Sequence record: SRR33789315_42
DNA: 40,668 bases
Reading direction: 5' to 3' (one strand)
Position numbers and translations under genes: made by a program. This document shows positions 9,150 to 18,088 of the stretch, in pieces; positions within the stretch are counted from its first letter, which is position 1; every line of letters begins with the position of its first letter. The notes under the pieces were generated by a model. It had not been told where the DNA came from. It saw nothing but the letters and a program-made list of their open reading frames with translations, and did not search any database.

Positions 9150-9763
9150 GGTAATGCTTCGATAAAGTCAAGTGATATGCCACGGTATAAACGCTGGTTG
9201 CCTTCAAACTGCTTGATTTGGTCTGGTTTTGACCAGCGGCATAGGCAATACATGGCGGATAAATCGGTTACAAGTGGCGCGTTATCGGTGGTAGGGGTGC
9301 GTATTTCGTTAGCGAGTATTAGGGTGCAATCGCCGGTGCTGCCGGTGACTGCATCCTCGATAATTTCATATAACTGGCCGTTTAAATGAAAGCGGTCAGT
9401 GGCTTTGGCAATTAATGTGTTGTTTACGCTAGTACTAATATCAAGCAATAAACCATACTGGCCTGCACCATCTACTGTGGGGTTACCTAACCAGCCAATT
9501 TTGTGGCTGTATTTGTTATCGATTAATTTAATTTTGTGTTGATGGCCGCGCAGCTTATTCAGCACCGCCCTTACTTCGTGCGCTTGGGCCAGTTCTAAAA
9601 CACTAAAATACCAACTAATGGCCCACGATTCGCCAGGATTAATGCTAATCGATTGACTGCGGTTTACGCTGCTAATATCCATCGTGGTGTTGTGCACAAT
9701 GTTAAAGCCGCCGCGGCTGGGGCTGAATAAGTCACCAAAGGGGGGGAAGGTATACTCGGCCAT
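9146..9763 (-). CDS. Distal tail protein (putative)
   Basis: 205 aa directly after tape measure, translationally coupled. Confidence 0.65.
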   Translation of the reverse strand: MAEYTFPPFGDLFSPSRGGFNIVHNTTMDISSVNRSQSISINPGESWAISWYFSVLELAQAHEVRAVLNKLRGHQHKIKLIDNKYSHKIGWLGNPTVDGAGQYGLLLDISTSVNNTLIAKATDRFHLNGQLYEIIEDAVTGSTGDCTLILANEIRTPTTDNAPLVTDLSAMYCLCRWSKPDQIKQFEGNQRLYRGISLDFIEALP

Positions 9764-12450
9764 TATCCTACCCGCCCCGTTAACATGCGGCTGCGAGTGC
9801 CGTTATTGGCAAAGTCTTGTTGTAATTTTGCATCGTATTCATCCAAAGCCATTTGTACTTGAGAGCGGATTTTTTGTTCCATGCCTGGTGTGGCATTGGT
9901 GGCGTCAATGTTGATGGTGGGTTTAAAGTGGTAAACGTTGCCGCCATTGCTGCCACCGTCTTTGGTGCTCTCGACAACTTGCTCGAAGTTTTCGCGCTGC
10001 TTAGGGTTGAGTACCATTTCGTCGCGGCGGACTAGGTATGTGCCTTCGTTGCGGTTAATAGGCAAACCGTCGTGGGCAATACCCGCTAGCGCCAAGGTTT
10101 CTGATAAGCCCACGGTTGCGGTTATACCCGCCATTGCCGGTACACTGTTGGCACCAAATGACGCGAGGGATGCTAGTGCTGCAGCAGGAGCATAGGCGGT
10201 GGCCATGGCAGTACCTGTTGTTGCAGCTATCGTTAAATCGGCAGCTGCCCCACTTGCGGCGATACCTTTTTTTATTGCAGCGTGGGCTAAGTATTTAACA
10301 CCCAATTGCACTATGCCGCTGATCAATTCACTGATAGCCCCGCGAGCGATAGCGCGGGCTGTATCCCCAAAGTTTTTTTGTTCGAGTATTGCCGTGGCTG
10401 TGGCATCGCCAATGCCTTGGGCAAAGCTTTCAAAGGTACTGCCCCACATAGCATCAAAGTCTTGAGTAGTGACTTTCATGTGGTCGAGCATTTTTGACCA
10501 AAACCCCTGATTCATTGCATCAAGATTAAGTTGATGTTCTTGCTGCAATAGGGTTTCGTTGTCGCGGGAGAGCTGTTTTACCTCGGCGATGCGATCGGCT
10601 TTTTGTTGCTCTAGGGCAACAACCTTATCGGCGTTATTTTTAACTTTTTCTATTTCAGTATCGTAATAGGTTGTTATTTGCTGAGTTAAACGCTCGGTTT
10701 GTTGCTTTTGGGCATTTTCTTTTTGCCAAAGATTACTGTAAATAGCTGCTTGCTCTTTACTTAGGCTGCCATTTAGTACCGCTACACGTAGCTGTAGTTC
10801 TTGATCGTAGGCTTCGGTTTCGTATTGATAACCGCTGATTGCTTCGGCAACTCGCTTATCATTAGCCGCTTTAAAATTATTGGTGCTGGTTTCAACATTT
10901 TGATTGATGTCGTTAATGTTTAACGTTGAGTCAAATAGGGCTTTTTTCTTTATGCTAATGTCGTCTAAAGCTTGGTCAACTTGGGCTATTTGGGCTGTAA
11001 GCTCAGTAATGTCACGGTTTGCAACCCCATTTCCTGACGGCAAATACTGACTAGTTGCTTGAGAGCTTTTAGTCCCTTGTTGTAATCTTTCAGCAGTAGC
11101 TAATTTTTCCTGTAGTTCGATCAGTTTTTCACGGGCGGCTATTTCTTCCTGCGTAAACTGTTCTATTTTAATTTTTCTACCGACTTCATTTAAACTGAGG
11201 TATTGTTTTGTAAGTTTTTGTACTTCTTCGCGTAACTCAGTCGTTCTATCTTTTAATTTATCTGTTTTTTCTTCAGCATCATCACTTTTAGTCGCGAAAT
11301 AAAGGAGGGCGGAACCGGCTGCAATGGCTAATCCTACTGGACCGCCTAAAAACCCCATTGCGACATTCAGCCCACGCATGCTAATAGTTAACGCATTAGT
11401 GGCTATAGTGGCCGCATTCATTACCACCACTTTGCGGCCTAAGCCTGCATAACCGGCATTCATGGCTGGCACACTAAGCAGTTCTTGGCGCACTAGGGCT
11501 GCTTGGGCCAAAGTGGCTGCAATAATTGATGAGGTATAACGGCCTGCCATGATGCTGGCAGACAACACCAGCACGTCTTGCATTGTGTCGAGGTTTTCCG
11601 ACAAACCCACAATGCCTTTACCTAACTTGTCTGTTACACCTAGCGCCTCGTTTTGCTTACCTAGAAAGTCGATTAAGTTGTTTTCGGCAACCTTTAAACT
11701 TTGACCTACCGTGGCCGACATTTTACTAAAACGCACATCAATACCTTGGGCGGCATTTTGCAGGGCCTTAATCACGATATCGGCGGTAATTTTACCCTCG
11801 GCGGCAAATGCACGTAGTTGCCCCGTCGTTAAGCCGGTTTCTTTAGCGATGGCGCGCATGATTTCGGGTGCGCCTTCGGCCACAGAATTAAATTCATCGC
11901 CGCGCAGGGCACCTGCGGCCAACCCTTGGCTTAACTGGCGTATAGCTCCATCTGCCTCAGCCGTAGTTGCACCGCTTAAGGCAAAGGCTTTGGTAATTGT
12001 TCCGGTAATATCAACTAAGTCTTGATCGGTTTTAACTAATTCGCGGGCATTACGATTTAGGGTGGCATATAAATCAGTGGTAGCTGATAAACCACTGCGG
12101 GTAGCATTGGCAGTGCTAAGTAAAATGCCCTGCATTGTTGCCAGTTCTTCGCTTGAACTAGTGACATCGGTAATTTTATTTTTAACGTTGGTGGCTTCAT
12201 CGGCAAATTTAACGAGGTCGCGCACTGCAAAACCACTGGCTAAAATAGCGCCTAAGCCGAGAGCTTGGCGTTTTAGTTGCTCGGTGGCGTTGCCCATTTG
12301 GGTGATGTTTTTGCTAGATGCGGCAGCTTGTTTACCAGCACTGTTAGTGGCATTACTAAATTGCAGTACTTGGCCTTTAGCATTAGTAAGTTGCCCTACT
12401 AAGCCGCTGCCGTCTGCTTTTAGTTTAATACCAACTACAATGTCGCTCAT
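9763..12450 (-). CDS. Tape measure protein
   Basis: 895 aa, Ala-rich and helical. QLSQGLAAGALRGDEFNSVAE tape-measure motif and C-terminal AHDG...EMVLN. Confidence 0.95.
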   Translation of the reverse strand: MSDIVVGIKLKADGSGLVGQLTNAKGQVLQFSNATNSAGKQAAASSKNITQMGNATEQLKRQALGLGAILASGFAVRDLVKFADEATNVKNKITDVTSSSEELATMQGILLSTANATRSGLSATTDLYATLNRNARELVKTDQDLVDITGTITKAFALSGATTAEADGAIRQLSQGLAAGALRGDEFNSVAEGAPEIMRAIAKETGLTTGQLRAFAAEGKITADIVIKALQNAAQGIDVRFSKMSATVGQSLKVAENNLIDFLGKQNEALGVTDKLGKGIVGLSENLDTMQDVLVLSASIMAGRYTSSIIAATLAQAALVRQELLSVPAMNAGYAGLGRKVVVMNAATIATNALTISMRGLNVAMGFLGGPVGLAIAAGSALLYFATKSDDAEEKTDKLKDRTTELREEVQKLTKQYLSLNEVGRKIKIEQFTQEEIAAREKLIELQEKLATAERLQQGTKSSQATSQYLPSGNGVANRDITELTAQIAQVDQALDDISIKKKALFDSTLNINDINQNVETSTNNFKAANDKRVAEAISGYQYETEAYDQELQLRVAVLNGSLSKEQAAIYSNLWQKENAQKQQTERLTQQITTYYDTEIEKVKNNADKVVALEQQKADRIAEVKQLSRDNETLLQQEHQLNLDAMNQGFWSKMLDHMKVTTQDFDAMWGSTFESFAQGIGDATATAILEQKNFGDTARAIARGAISELISGIVQLGVKYLAHAAIKKGIAASGAAADLTIAATTGTAMATAYAPAAALASLASFGANSVPAMAGITATVGLSETLALAGIAHDGLPINRNEGTYLVRRDEMVLNPKQRENFEQVVESTKDGGSNGGNVYHFKPTINIDATNATPGMEQKIRSQVQMALDEYDAKLQQDFANNGTRSRMLTGRVG

Positions 12451-12818
12451 TTAACGTCTCGCTTTATTTTTTTGGTTAACCGCTGCGCAATACTCAGCAA
12501 ACATTATTTTTAGGCCTTGGTAATGCTTTGGCTTCACTTTGCGGCCCGACATTTTCGCGTCGTCTTTTATGGCCGTTACATCTAACCTGGCGCAATACGT
12601 ACCTACCCAAACCAACATGTTTGACACTTGTAAAAACCAACTCACAATGGGCCAGTTTTCGGGCCACACCAGATAAACGTCGTCGGGGGTTAAGTGGCCA
12701 AGGTGCTCGGTAATTTGCTGCTCGGTTGCACCCATATCGCGCATTTGCTGCGCGAGTTCGTCTAGTTCGCTTTTTTCGATTTCGGGGCCGTTTGCCCAAT
12801 AGCGAGCAGCCCCTTCGA
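12451..12818 (-). CDS. Tail assembly chaperone, frameshifted C-terminal part (GT-like)
   Basis: The -1 frame after the slippery site reads LEGAARYWANGPEIEKSELDELAQQ continuously into ORF 12451..12744 (VWPENW motif). Confidence 0.75.
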
Positions 12819-13148
12819 GTTTTTTGACGTGCCACCTCTAATCGCCTCGTGATAAGCAGCAATAAAACCCACACGAACAAAGGGCTCGCTTTTAAATAAA
12901 GTGATTTTGTTGGTGGTAGTGCATTCCATTGGGGTGCCATCTTCGTGTTGCACGTCGTCGCCAAAACCAACAACTATGCGAGCTAATAAGGCTATGTCGC
13001 CTTGGTGAGAAAACTTGTCATATTCGTCTTGGTCGATTATTTCGAAAGAAGCGGTGCACAATTGCTCTACTGGTTGGCCGCCATCGGTAGGGACCGGTAT
13101 TGCTACTGGCCATTGAACTACACGTTTTTTAGTTAATTTAAACGCCAT
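12762..13148 (-). CDS. Tail assembly chaperone (G-like)
   Basis: Between tail tube and tape measure, contains slippery heptamer near its 3' end. Confidence 0.8.
   Translation of the reverse strand: MAFKLTKKRVVQWPVAIPVPTDGGQPVEQLCTASFEIIDQDEYDKFSHQGDIALLARIVVGFGDDVQHEDGTPMECTTTNKITLFKSEPFVRVGFIAAYHEAIRGGTSKNSKGLLAIGQTAPKSKKAN
12819..12825 (-). other. Programmed -1 frameshift site A AAA AAC
   Basis: X XXY YYZ heptamer in frame (TCA AAA AAC). A -1 shift joins it to the downstream ORF. Confidence 0.8.
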
Positions 13149-13314
13149 GAAAGTACCTTTTTAGTTAATTAGGGTGCCGTCCTTGGCGGTGTTATACCGC
13201 TGTTCTCGCGGCTTGGGGGGCATGAACTATTCAGGCCATCAATTGGGGCATGTGCCCCATCGTATTCATTAAAGCCATCCGCTGGCGCATCGTCCGTTTA
13301 GTGCCAGGAGTGGG

Positions 13315-14262
13315 TTATTGGGTGGTGAGTACCGTGTCGTTACCGCGTATTACGCGCAAACTTAACTCCCATGTTTGCTTGCCTTTGTATTCGCCAGGGG
13401 CAATAGACAAAATTTGCGCCTTGGGCGATGCCTGCTTAACGATATTGCCAGCGGGCAGACCGTGAACAAATTCAATGGGCACTAGGGTATTGGTGCGGGC
13501 AACGGCGAACGGATCGAAAGTGCCAAGGGTTGGGGCTTCGATAATGACTTTGCCTTCTTCGGCCCAGTCATTAATAAATACCTGTTTAAGCTCGGTGCCT
13601 TCGTCGTATTCAATGGCGTTGTTTTGGGCCATTTCGTACTCGATCATGTTGTACGCGTCGCCATCGAGGCTAAAGCTGGTATTTTCAAAACTCATGGGTA
13701 CGGGCATGGTAAATGCGGCAAAGGTTGCTGTGGGTATAGCGCCTGCAACGGTGCCGCCGTAAATGCCCTGGGCTTCAAAGTTGAGGTAGGCTAACTCGCC
13801 AATTTTGCCCGATACCGTATTGGTTGATTTACCCGCGAGCAAAATGTGGTACATGCCTTCCCAGTGAAAATAGATAGTGCCGTCGGCTTCGTTGCTGGCG
13901 ACTAATATGCGGTTATGGCTGACTTCGGTGGCGGTGGCTATGTTGACATCGTAACCCGACATTTCAATGATGGGGGCGTAGGCCACTGGGGTGTTGGCGG
14001 TGCCGCTACCTGCCAGCTCGACTGAGCCGGATATTTTAATCATTTCGCCGGTGTGAATAACTTGCTGGCCACCGTTAAGGCCATCGTCTAAGTCGCGGCT
14101 AATTTGTTCAGTTACCCACGGCTCAACTTTTAGCCCTTTGGTTAGCATGGCAACGGCGGTGGCACCGGCGGCAATGTAGTCTTCGCCTTTGGTGTCGGCA
14201 ACCCGTTTAAGGGCGACTTGCATAAAAACACGTTTGGCTTTGTAGCCTGGAGTGATAGACAT
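13315..14262 (-). CDS. Major tail tube protein (non-contractile tail)
   Basis: 315 aa, VELAGSGTA motif, position before chaperones. No sheath gene recognised. Confidence 0.8.
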   Translation of the reverse strand: MSITPGYKAKRVFMQVALKRVADTKGEDYIAAGATAVAMLTKGLKVEPWVTEQISRDLDDGLNGGQQVIHTGEMIKISGSVELAGSGTANTPVAYAPIIEMSGYDVNIATATEVSHNRILVASNEADGTIYFHWEGMYHILLAGKSTNTVSGKIGELAYLNFEAQGIYGGTVAGAIPTATFAAFTMPVPMSFENTSFSLDGDAYNMIEYEMAQNNAIEYDEGTELKQVFINDWAEEGKVIIEAPTLGTFDPFAVARTNTLVPIEFVHGLPAGNIVKQASPKAQILSIAPGEYKGKQTWELSLRVIRGNDTVLTTQ

Positions 14263-14474
14263 TATTTATCTCCTTTTTTGCTGGCCTTGGTGACGGCTGG
14301 GTCTGAGTCGATTGGGCGGTCTTCAACTTGCACCCATTTAAGATCAGGATGGTGGCTAATTTGCGCGAGTTTGGCGGGGCTTAGCTCGGCATTGGGCACA
14401 TGGTTTTCACCTGGTGCAAAGGTGCGGCCTGCGCGAGTAATGTCTACTTTGGTGTTGTTGGTAACTATGATCAT
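14262..14474 (-). CDS. Small protein resembling the HI1506/gp35 domain
   Basis: ATGA-coupled start at 14474. ITRAGRTF...LSPAKLAQISHHPDL parallels FRRAGHGF...FSPEQINAINAEPRL of 15325..15747. Confidence 0.6.
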   Translation of the reverse strand: MIIVTNNTKVDITRAGRTFAPGENHVPNAELSPAKLAQISHHPDLKWVQVEDRPIDSDPAVTKASKKGDK

Positions 14475-14899
14475 GCGTTGACTCCTAAGCGCCAAGTGTT
14501 GGTAGTAAATCGATCTATCCACCACAGGCCATTGGGCACAAACGCGACAATGTCACTGGCGGCTAGCAAAATAGGCGAGTGGTGGGTGGGTTTAAATCCA
14601 TAAAGTAAGTCGCGGTTTGCGCTGCGCAGTTCTTCAAGGGCAATAAGGGCTTTTTCACCGGTTGGGTCGTTAATGCTTTCGAGACCCATAACCACCCCAA
14701 AGGTGATCACAACTTCTTGCAATGGCTGGCCAATATCTTGATCGCGACTATTACCGTTGGGCCGTTCGGCCACGGGCACCACAAATGACACATTACCGCC
14801 TTTGTGGATGGGCTGTTTGATGGCCTCGCGCAAATTAATGGCCGTTTGCACCCGTTTAAAAACGGGTTGAATGCGGGTTGAGATATCGGTTAACAGCAT
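14471..14899 (-). CDS. Tail terminator / completion protein (Mu gp37-like)
   Basis: 142 aa after gp36, with LYGFKP and GLWWIDRFTT motifs. Confidence 0.7.
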   Translation of the reverse strand: MLLTDISTRIQPVFKRVQTAINLREAIKQPIHKGGNVSFVVPVAERPNGNSRDQDIGQPLQEVVITFGVVMGLESINDPTGEKALIALEELRSANRDLLYGFKPTHHSPILLAASDIVAFVPNGLWWIDRFTTNTWRLGVNA

Positions 14900-15318
14900 T
14901 AGATAAACCCTTTGCTGTCTTTGCGATTAAATACACTGCCGCCCGATTCCATGACGATTAAACTGTCGGTTTGGGGCTGTGCTTCGTCAACGCTCAAACC
15001 TAGGCGAATATCGCCTTTTGCTACGGCGGTTAAAAACTTGATGGCATCGGTGTAGTTATTTTTAACCACTTCGGTAACGCTGTTGTCGTACAAATTATAA
15101 CGGGCAATATTGGCGCAAATGCGGGTTAAGCCGCTGGGCACTACTGCAAGAGGTAAGGGGTAGCGACTACCCACATAGCTGTCGATTGTGTCGCTGGCAT
15201 CTTTGATTGCAGCATCAACCACATCAGTATCAACTGTGCCGGTGCCGCTTGAGTCGGTGAGCTGGATCAGCTCATTCAAATCAAAACGGCTGACCATATC
15301 GTTGATGCTGCAATACAT
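14899..15318 (-). CDS. Head-tail adaptor, Mu gp36-like (DUF1320)
   Basis: MYCS..D...RF...ELIQLTD, IDSYVGSRYPLPL and IARYNL motifs. Confidence 0.9.
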   Translation of the reverse strand: MYCSINDMVSRFDLNELIQLTDSSGTGTVDTDVVDAAIKDASDTIDSYVGSRYPLPLAVVPSGLTRICANIARYNLYDNSVTEVVKNNYTDAIKFLTAVAKGDIRLGLSVDEAQPQTDSLIVMESGGSVFNRKDSKGFI

Positions 15319-15324
15319 AATGAA

Positions 15325-15747
15325 TTACGCCTGGTCTTTGTCGGTTGCTGGGTCGCCACCGCTGCCGCTGCCTGCTGGTTTATTAGCTGGGTCGCCACCG
15401 CTACCGCTGCCCGCGGGCTTTTTGCTTGAGTTGCTAGCTTTTACTGCTGGCTTTTTGGTTTCTTTCGGTGCAGGCGGCTTTTTGTCATCCACCGCTTTTT
15501 CTTGCGACGCGTTGAGGGGGGCAAATAGGGCGGCATCCAAGGGCGCACGGTCGACTGACTCGGGTATGGCGTCGGCTGGCATTTGTTTAACTGACAAACG
15601 TGGCTCGGCGTTGATGGCGTTGATTTGTTCGGGGCTAAAGTGGTCTTCGGCAAAAGCGGTGCCTTGGTCGGTAAAACCGTGGCCAGCGCGGCGAAATGTG
15701 GCACAACTGGCAAAGATTACCACCGCCATAATTGATTTATTCATCAT
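15325..15747 (-). CDS. Mu gp35 / HI1506-like protein with low-complexity C-tail bearing two GSGSGGDPA repeats
   Basis: FRRAG..F...EQ..AI.AEPRLSV motif, located between major capsid and gp36. Confidence 0.8.
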   Translation of the reverse strand: MMNKSIMAVVIFASCATFRRAGHGFTDQGTAFAEDHFSPEQINAINAEPRLSVKQMPADAIPESVDRAPLDAALFAPLNASQEKAVDDKKPPAPKETKKPAVKASNSSKKPAGSGSGGDPANKPAGSGSGGDPATDKDQA

Positions 15748-15768
15748 GATTAACTCTCCGATTTAATG

Positions 15769-15795
15769 CTTGGCGCTGGTTAATTCAGCGCCAAG
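15769..15795 (-). other. Stem-loop after the major capsid gene (stabiliser or weak terminator)
   Basis: CTTGGCGCTG / CAGCGCCAAG 10-bp stem with no clear U-tract. Confidence 0.5.
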
Positions 15796-15823
15796 GTTGT
15801 AAAGGTTGTAAGGGTTGTAGATA
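15796..15823. repeat. 28-bp GTTGTA-periodic element, exact inverted copy of 29773-29800
   Basis: GTTGTAAAGGTTGTAAGGGTTGTAGATA. Confidence 0.85.
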
Positions 15824-15835
15824 TTTGGCGGCAAC

Positions 15836-16762
15836 TTATAAAAAGTCGGGCGAAATAACGTTAAACATGCCTTTCAGTTCGTTACTGACGGTAGTGGTGC
15901 CGTCGCTGATATCTGAGCGCGTATTGATTTGCAGCGCTTTTTGATATTCGGTTGCAGGTACAACGAGGGTTAGTTTGTTTTTACCCAAACCCAGTGGGCG
16001 GCCACCGTCGGCTTTAAAGCTGCGCATTAAGTTAATGGCGTCCCAAATAGTTTGGTAATTCATGGTTTTCTTAACGCCTACGGCCATTTGCCAGAAGCCA
16101 AAGCCCACGTTGCAGCGGCAATCTACGCCATAGCGAAAGGTTTTATTGGTGAATACCGATTCGTCGTTGGGGTTGTCCATGGCGACAAACTGCATGCCTT
16201 TGCGCTCTTGAAAAATCAAAGGCTTAAGGCTGCGGCTGGTATCCATTAAATACCAAGGTTGGCCGGTGTAAGCACCATCAACAATGACGTTGGCAAAGCT
16301 GGTATCTGCACCGCTGCCATCGACTGCGGCGTTTACTGGGTGGTCGGTATCAAAGTAGTATTGGCCGTCGTAACACAAAGTCGTGAATCCGGCTTTTAAT
16401 AGCGGGAAGACTAACTCGTCTGGAAATACGCTAGCGGCGTAACCCATTTCATTCATCATTGGCGCGTAAACACCTAGGCCATCATCTTCAATGTCGTTAC
16501 GATCAACTGCGACGGTTGATTCGTAATCTTTATTGGTGATGGCGTAGCTGTGCTCTTTGATGGATTTTAATTGACGATCGCCAATCCATTCACGAAAGCC
16601 GGGCCATTGGCCTAACCAGCCATAGGTATTTGATTTAGTGCTAGATGGGACGACAGTTGCCACTTGAGCAAACATCGGTTCGCCTCTGACTTTGCCGTCT
16701 TCAAAATTCTTTTTAAAGCCAGTGCGTATTGCATTTAATACGGCTGAGGTTACTAATGCCAT
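15836..16762 (-). CDS. Major capsid protein, Mu gpT family
   Basis: NTYGWLGQWPGFREWIGDR, CYDGQYYFDTDHPV and GFGFWQMA motifs. Confidence 0.95.
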   Translation of the reverse strand: MALVTSAVLNAIRTGFKKNFEDGKVRGEPMFAQVATVVPSSTKSNTYGWLGQWPGFREWIGDRQLKSIKEHSYAITNKDYESTVAVDRNDIEDDGLGVYAPMMNEMGYAASVFPDELVFPLLKAGFTTLCYDGQYYFDTDHPVNAAVDGSGADTSFANVIVDGAYTGQPWYLMDTSRSLKPLIFQERKGMQFVAMDNPNDESVFTNKTFRYGVDCRCNVGFGFWQMAVGVKKTMNYQTIWDAINLMRSFKADGGRPLGLGKNKLTLVVPATEYQKALQINTRSDISDGTTTVSNELKGMFNVISPDFL

Positions 16763-16818
16763 GTTCTATTCTCCTGCCTGTAGCGGCGTTAATTGGTTAA
16801 GTTTAAGTAGCTAAAGGC

Positions 16819-17412
16819 TTAGGCTTTATCAGCTGCGAGCTGTTTGGCGTAGTCGTCGTGCGAAATACCCAATTGGTCAGCAATCAATTTGTGATCAGCC
16901 GTTAATGCGGCCACTCCGGTTTTATCCTGGTCAGCTGGGTTTTTCACTTCGGTAGTTTGTTTGCCTTTAAAGGCGGCAACAACGGGGCGGGCATCTAGGG
17001 TGGCTTTTAATGCCGCAATGTTGGTGTTGCCTAAGTTGGTTAAATACTCACGCTCGGCACCGGCGATAAACTTGCCGTCTTTTTCAGCTTGTTCGATCAC
17101 TTGGGTGACAGTGACGGTTTCGTGATTGGCTTTAAGGGCGGCCATTTCTTGCAATACACCGTTATAAGTCGCAACCGGCACATGGGTGGATAGATCAATA
17201 CCTTTGTTAAGCTCGGCGACTTGGGCTTTAAGGGCGGCGATTTCGGTGGTGCTTTCGGCAGAACTGCCGTCAAGTTTGGCTTTTAATGCGGCAAGTTTAG
17301 TTTTTGCTTCTGGTGCAGTTAGCTTGCTGTGCAATGCTGCTGCGTCGATGTCTTTAGCACTGTCAACGGCAATGCCTAACAGGCCAAATAATAGGGTTAA
17401 AGCTTCGTTCAT
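16819..17412 (-). CDS. Probable internally initiated scaffold (Mu gpZ equivalent)
   Basis: In-frame ATG (MNEALTLL) preceded by GGAG inside gene I, as in the Mu I/Z arrangement. Confidence 0.55.
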   Translation of the reverse strand: MNEALTLLFGLLGIAVDSAKDIDAAALHSKLTAPEAKTKLAALKAKLDGSSAESTTEIAALKAQVAELNKGIDLSTHVPVATYNGVLQEMAALKANHETVTVTQVIEQAEKDGKFIAGAEREYLTNLGNTNIAALKATLDARPVVAAFKGKQTTEVKNPADQDKTGVAALTADHKLIADQLGISHDDYAKQLAADKA

Positions 17413-18036
17413 GGGTTGTTGCTCCGGTTTAGGTTGGTGAACGGTTGGGTTTGCATGTAAAGCAGCGGCGGCGGCCATGCCAAGAATGGCGGGGTCGTTA
17501 GTTAAGGCCACGCTATGCAAATCAAGCACTTGGCCGGTGGTTTTGTCGTAAATAATAACGGGCGAGTAAAAGCTGTATTCTTCATTTTTGACATGCTGGC
17601 GGGCAGCGGGGGTAAATTTTAATTGTGCAAATAAGCCTTGCCCTGGACGCCATTCGAAGACATTGCCGCGGGCGCTGGCGGGGGCTTTTTGGCCGTTGTC
17701 TTTGCTGAGTAGGGTTTGATGGTCGTAATCAAATAACAGTTTTCGCCCTGCTTGGGCGCGGGCATTTAGGGTAGCGACTAGGGTTTGGCCTATTTCGTCG
17801 TTAATATGCCATTTGTTACCTGGTACTTCGAAGGGGCGGCCATCGTAGGCGGCAAAGTCGGTGCCTGGCAAAATTTGCTGCCAAGGTTGATCAAGCTGAA
17901 TATCAAACGAACAAGCCGCAATTCCTAGCGGCTGGTCGTTTTGATTCGTTAGGGCGGCAATAGATATGGCAGCCGCATGCATTCTTGCTACATGGCAACC
18001 TCCTAAAACGCTTAATTTTTGATTGGTCTTTTTCAT
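16819..18036 (-). CDS. Prohead protease/scaffold, Mu gpI family
   Basis: FDYDHQTL, YSPV and LHSVALTNDPA motifs. Start 18036 chosen from promoter geometry. Confidence 0.9.
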   Translation of the reverse strand: MKKTNQKLSVLGGCHVARMHAAAISIAALTNQNDQPLGIAACSFDIQLDQPWQQILPGTDFAAYDGRPFEVPGNKWHINDEIGQTLVATLNARAQAGRKLLFDYDHQTLLSKDNGQKAPASARGNVFEWRPGQGLFAQLKFTPAARQHVKNEEYSFYSPVIIYDKTTGQVLDLHSVALTNDPAILGMAAAAALHANPTVHQPKPEQQPMNEALTLLFGLLGIAVDSAKDIDAAALHSKLTAPEAKTKLAALKAKLDGSSAESTTEIAALKAQVAELNKGIDLSTHVPVATYNGVLQEMAALKANHETVTVTQVIEQAEKDGKFIAGAEREYLTNLGNTNIAALKATLDARPVVAAFKGKQTTEVKNPADQDKTGVAALTADHKLIADQLGISHDDYAKQLAADKA

Positions 18037-18043
18037 AGCCCCC

Positions 18044-18088
18044 ATTATGACGGGGGCGAATTTTGATTGGGTTTAGTCTGGGTTAGGG
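18044..18088 (-). promoter_or_regulatory. Activator-dependent late promoter for head/tail operon
   Basis: 22-bp element (18067-18088) identical to 29061-29082, 17 nt upstream of -10 CATAAT. Confidence 0.75.

Noticed and set aside
12494-12973. 159-aa ORF as the frameshifted chaperone
   Set aside because: It is in the other frame. The -1 product from A AAA AAC joins ORF 12451..12744 instead.
1060-15375. Peptide/gp35 repeat pair as a diversity-generating retroelement template and variable repeat
   Set aside because: Only about 30 bp long, no reverse transcriptase, and the single difference is synonymous.
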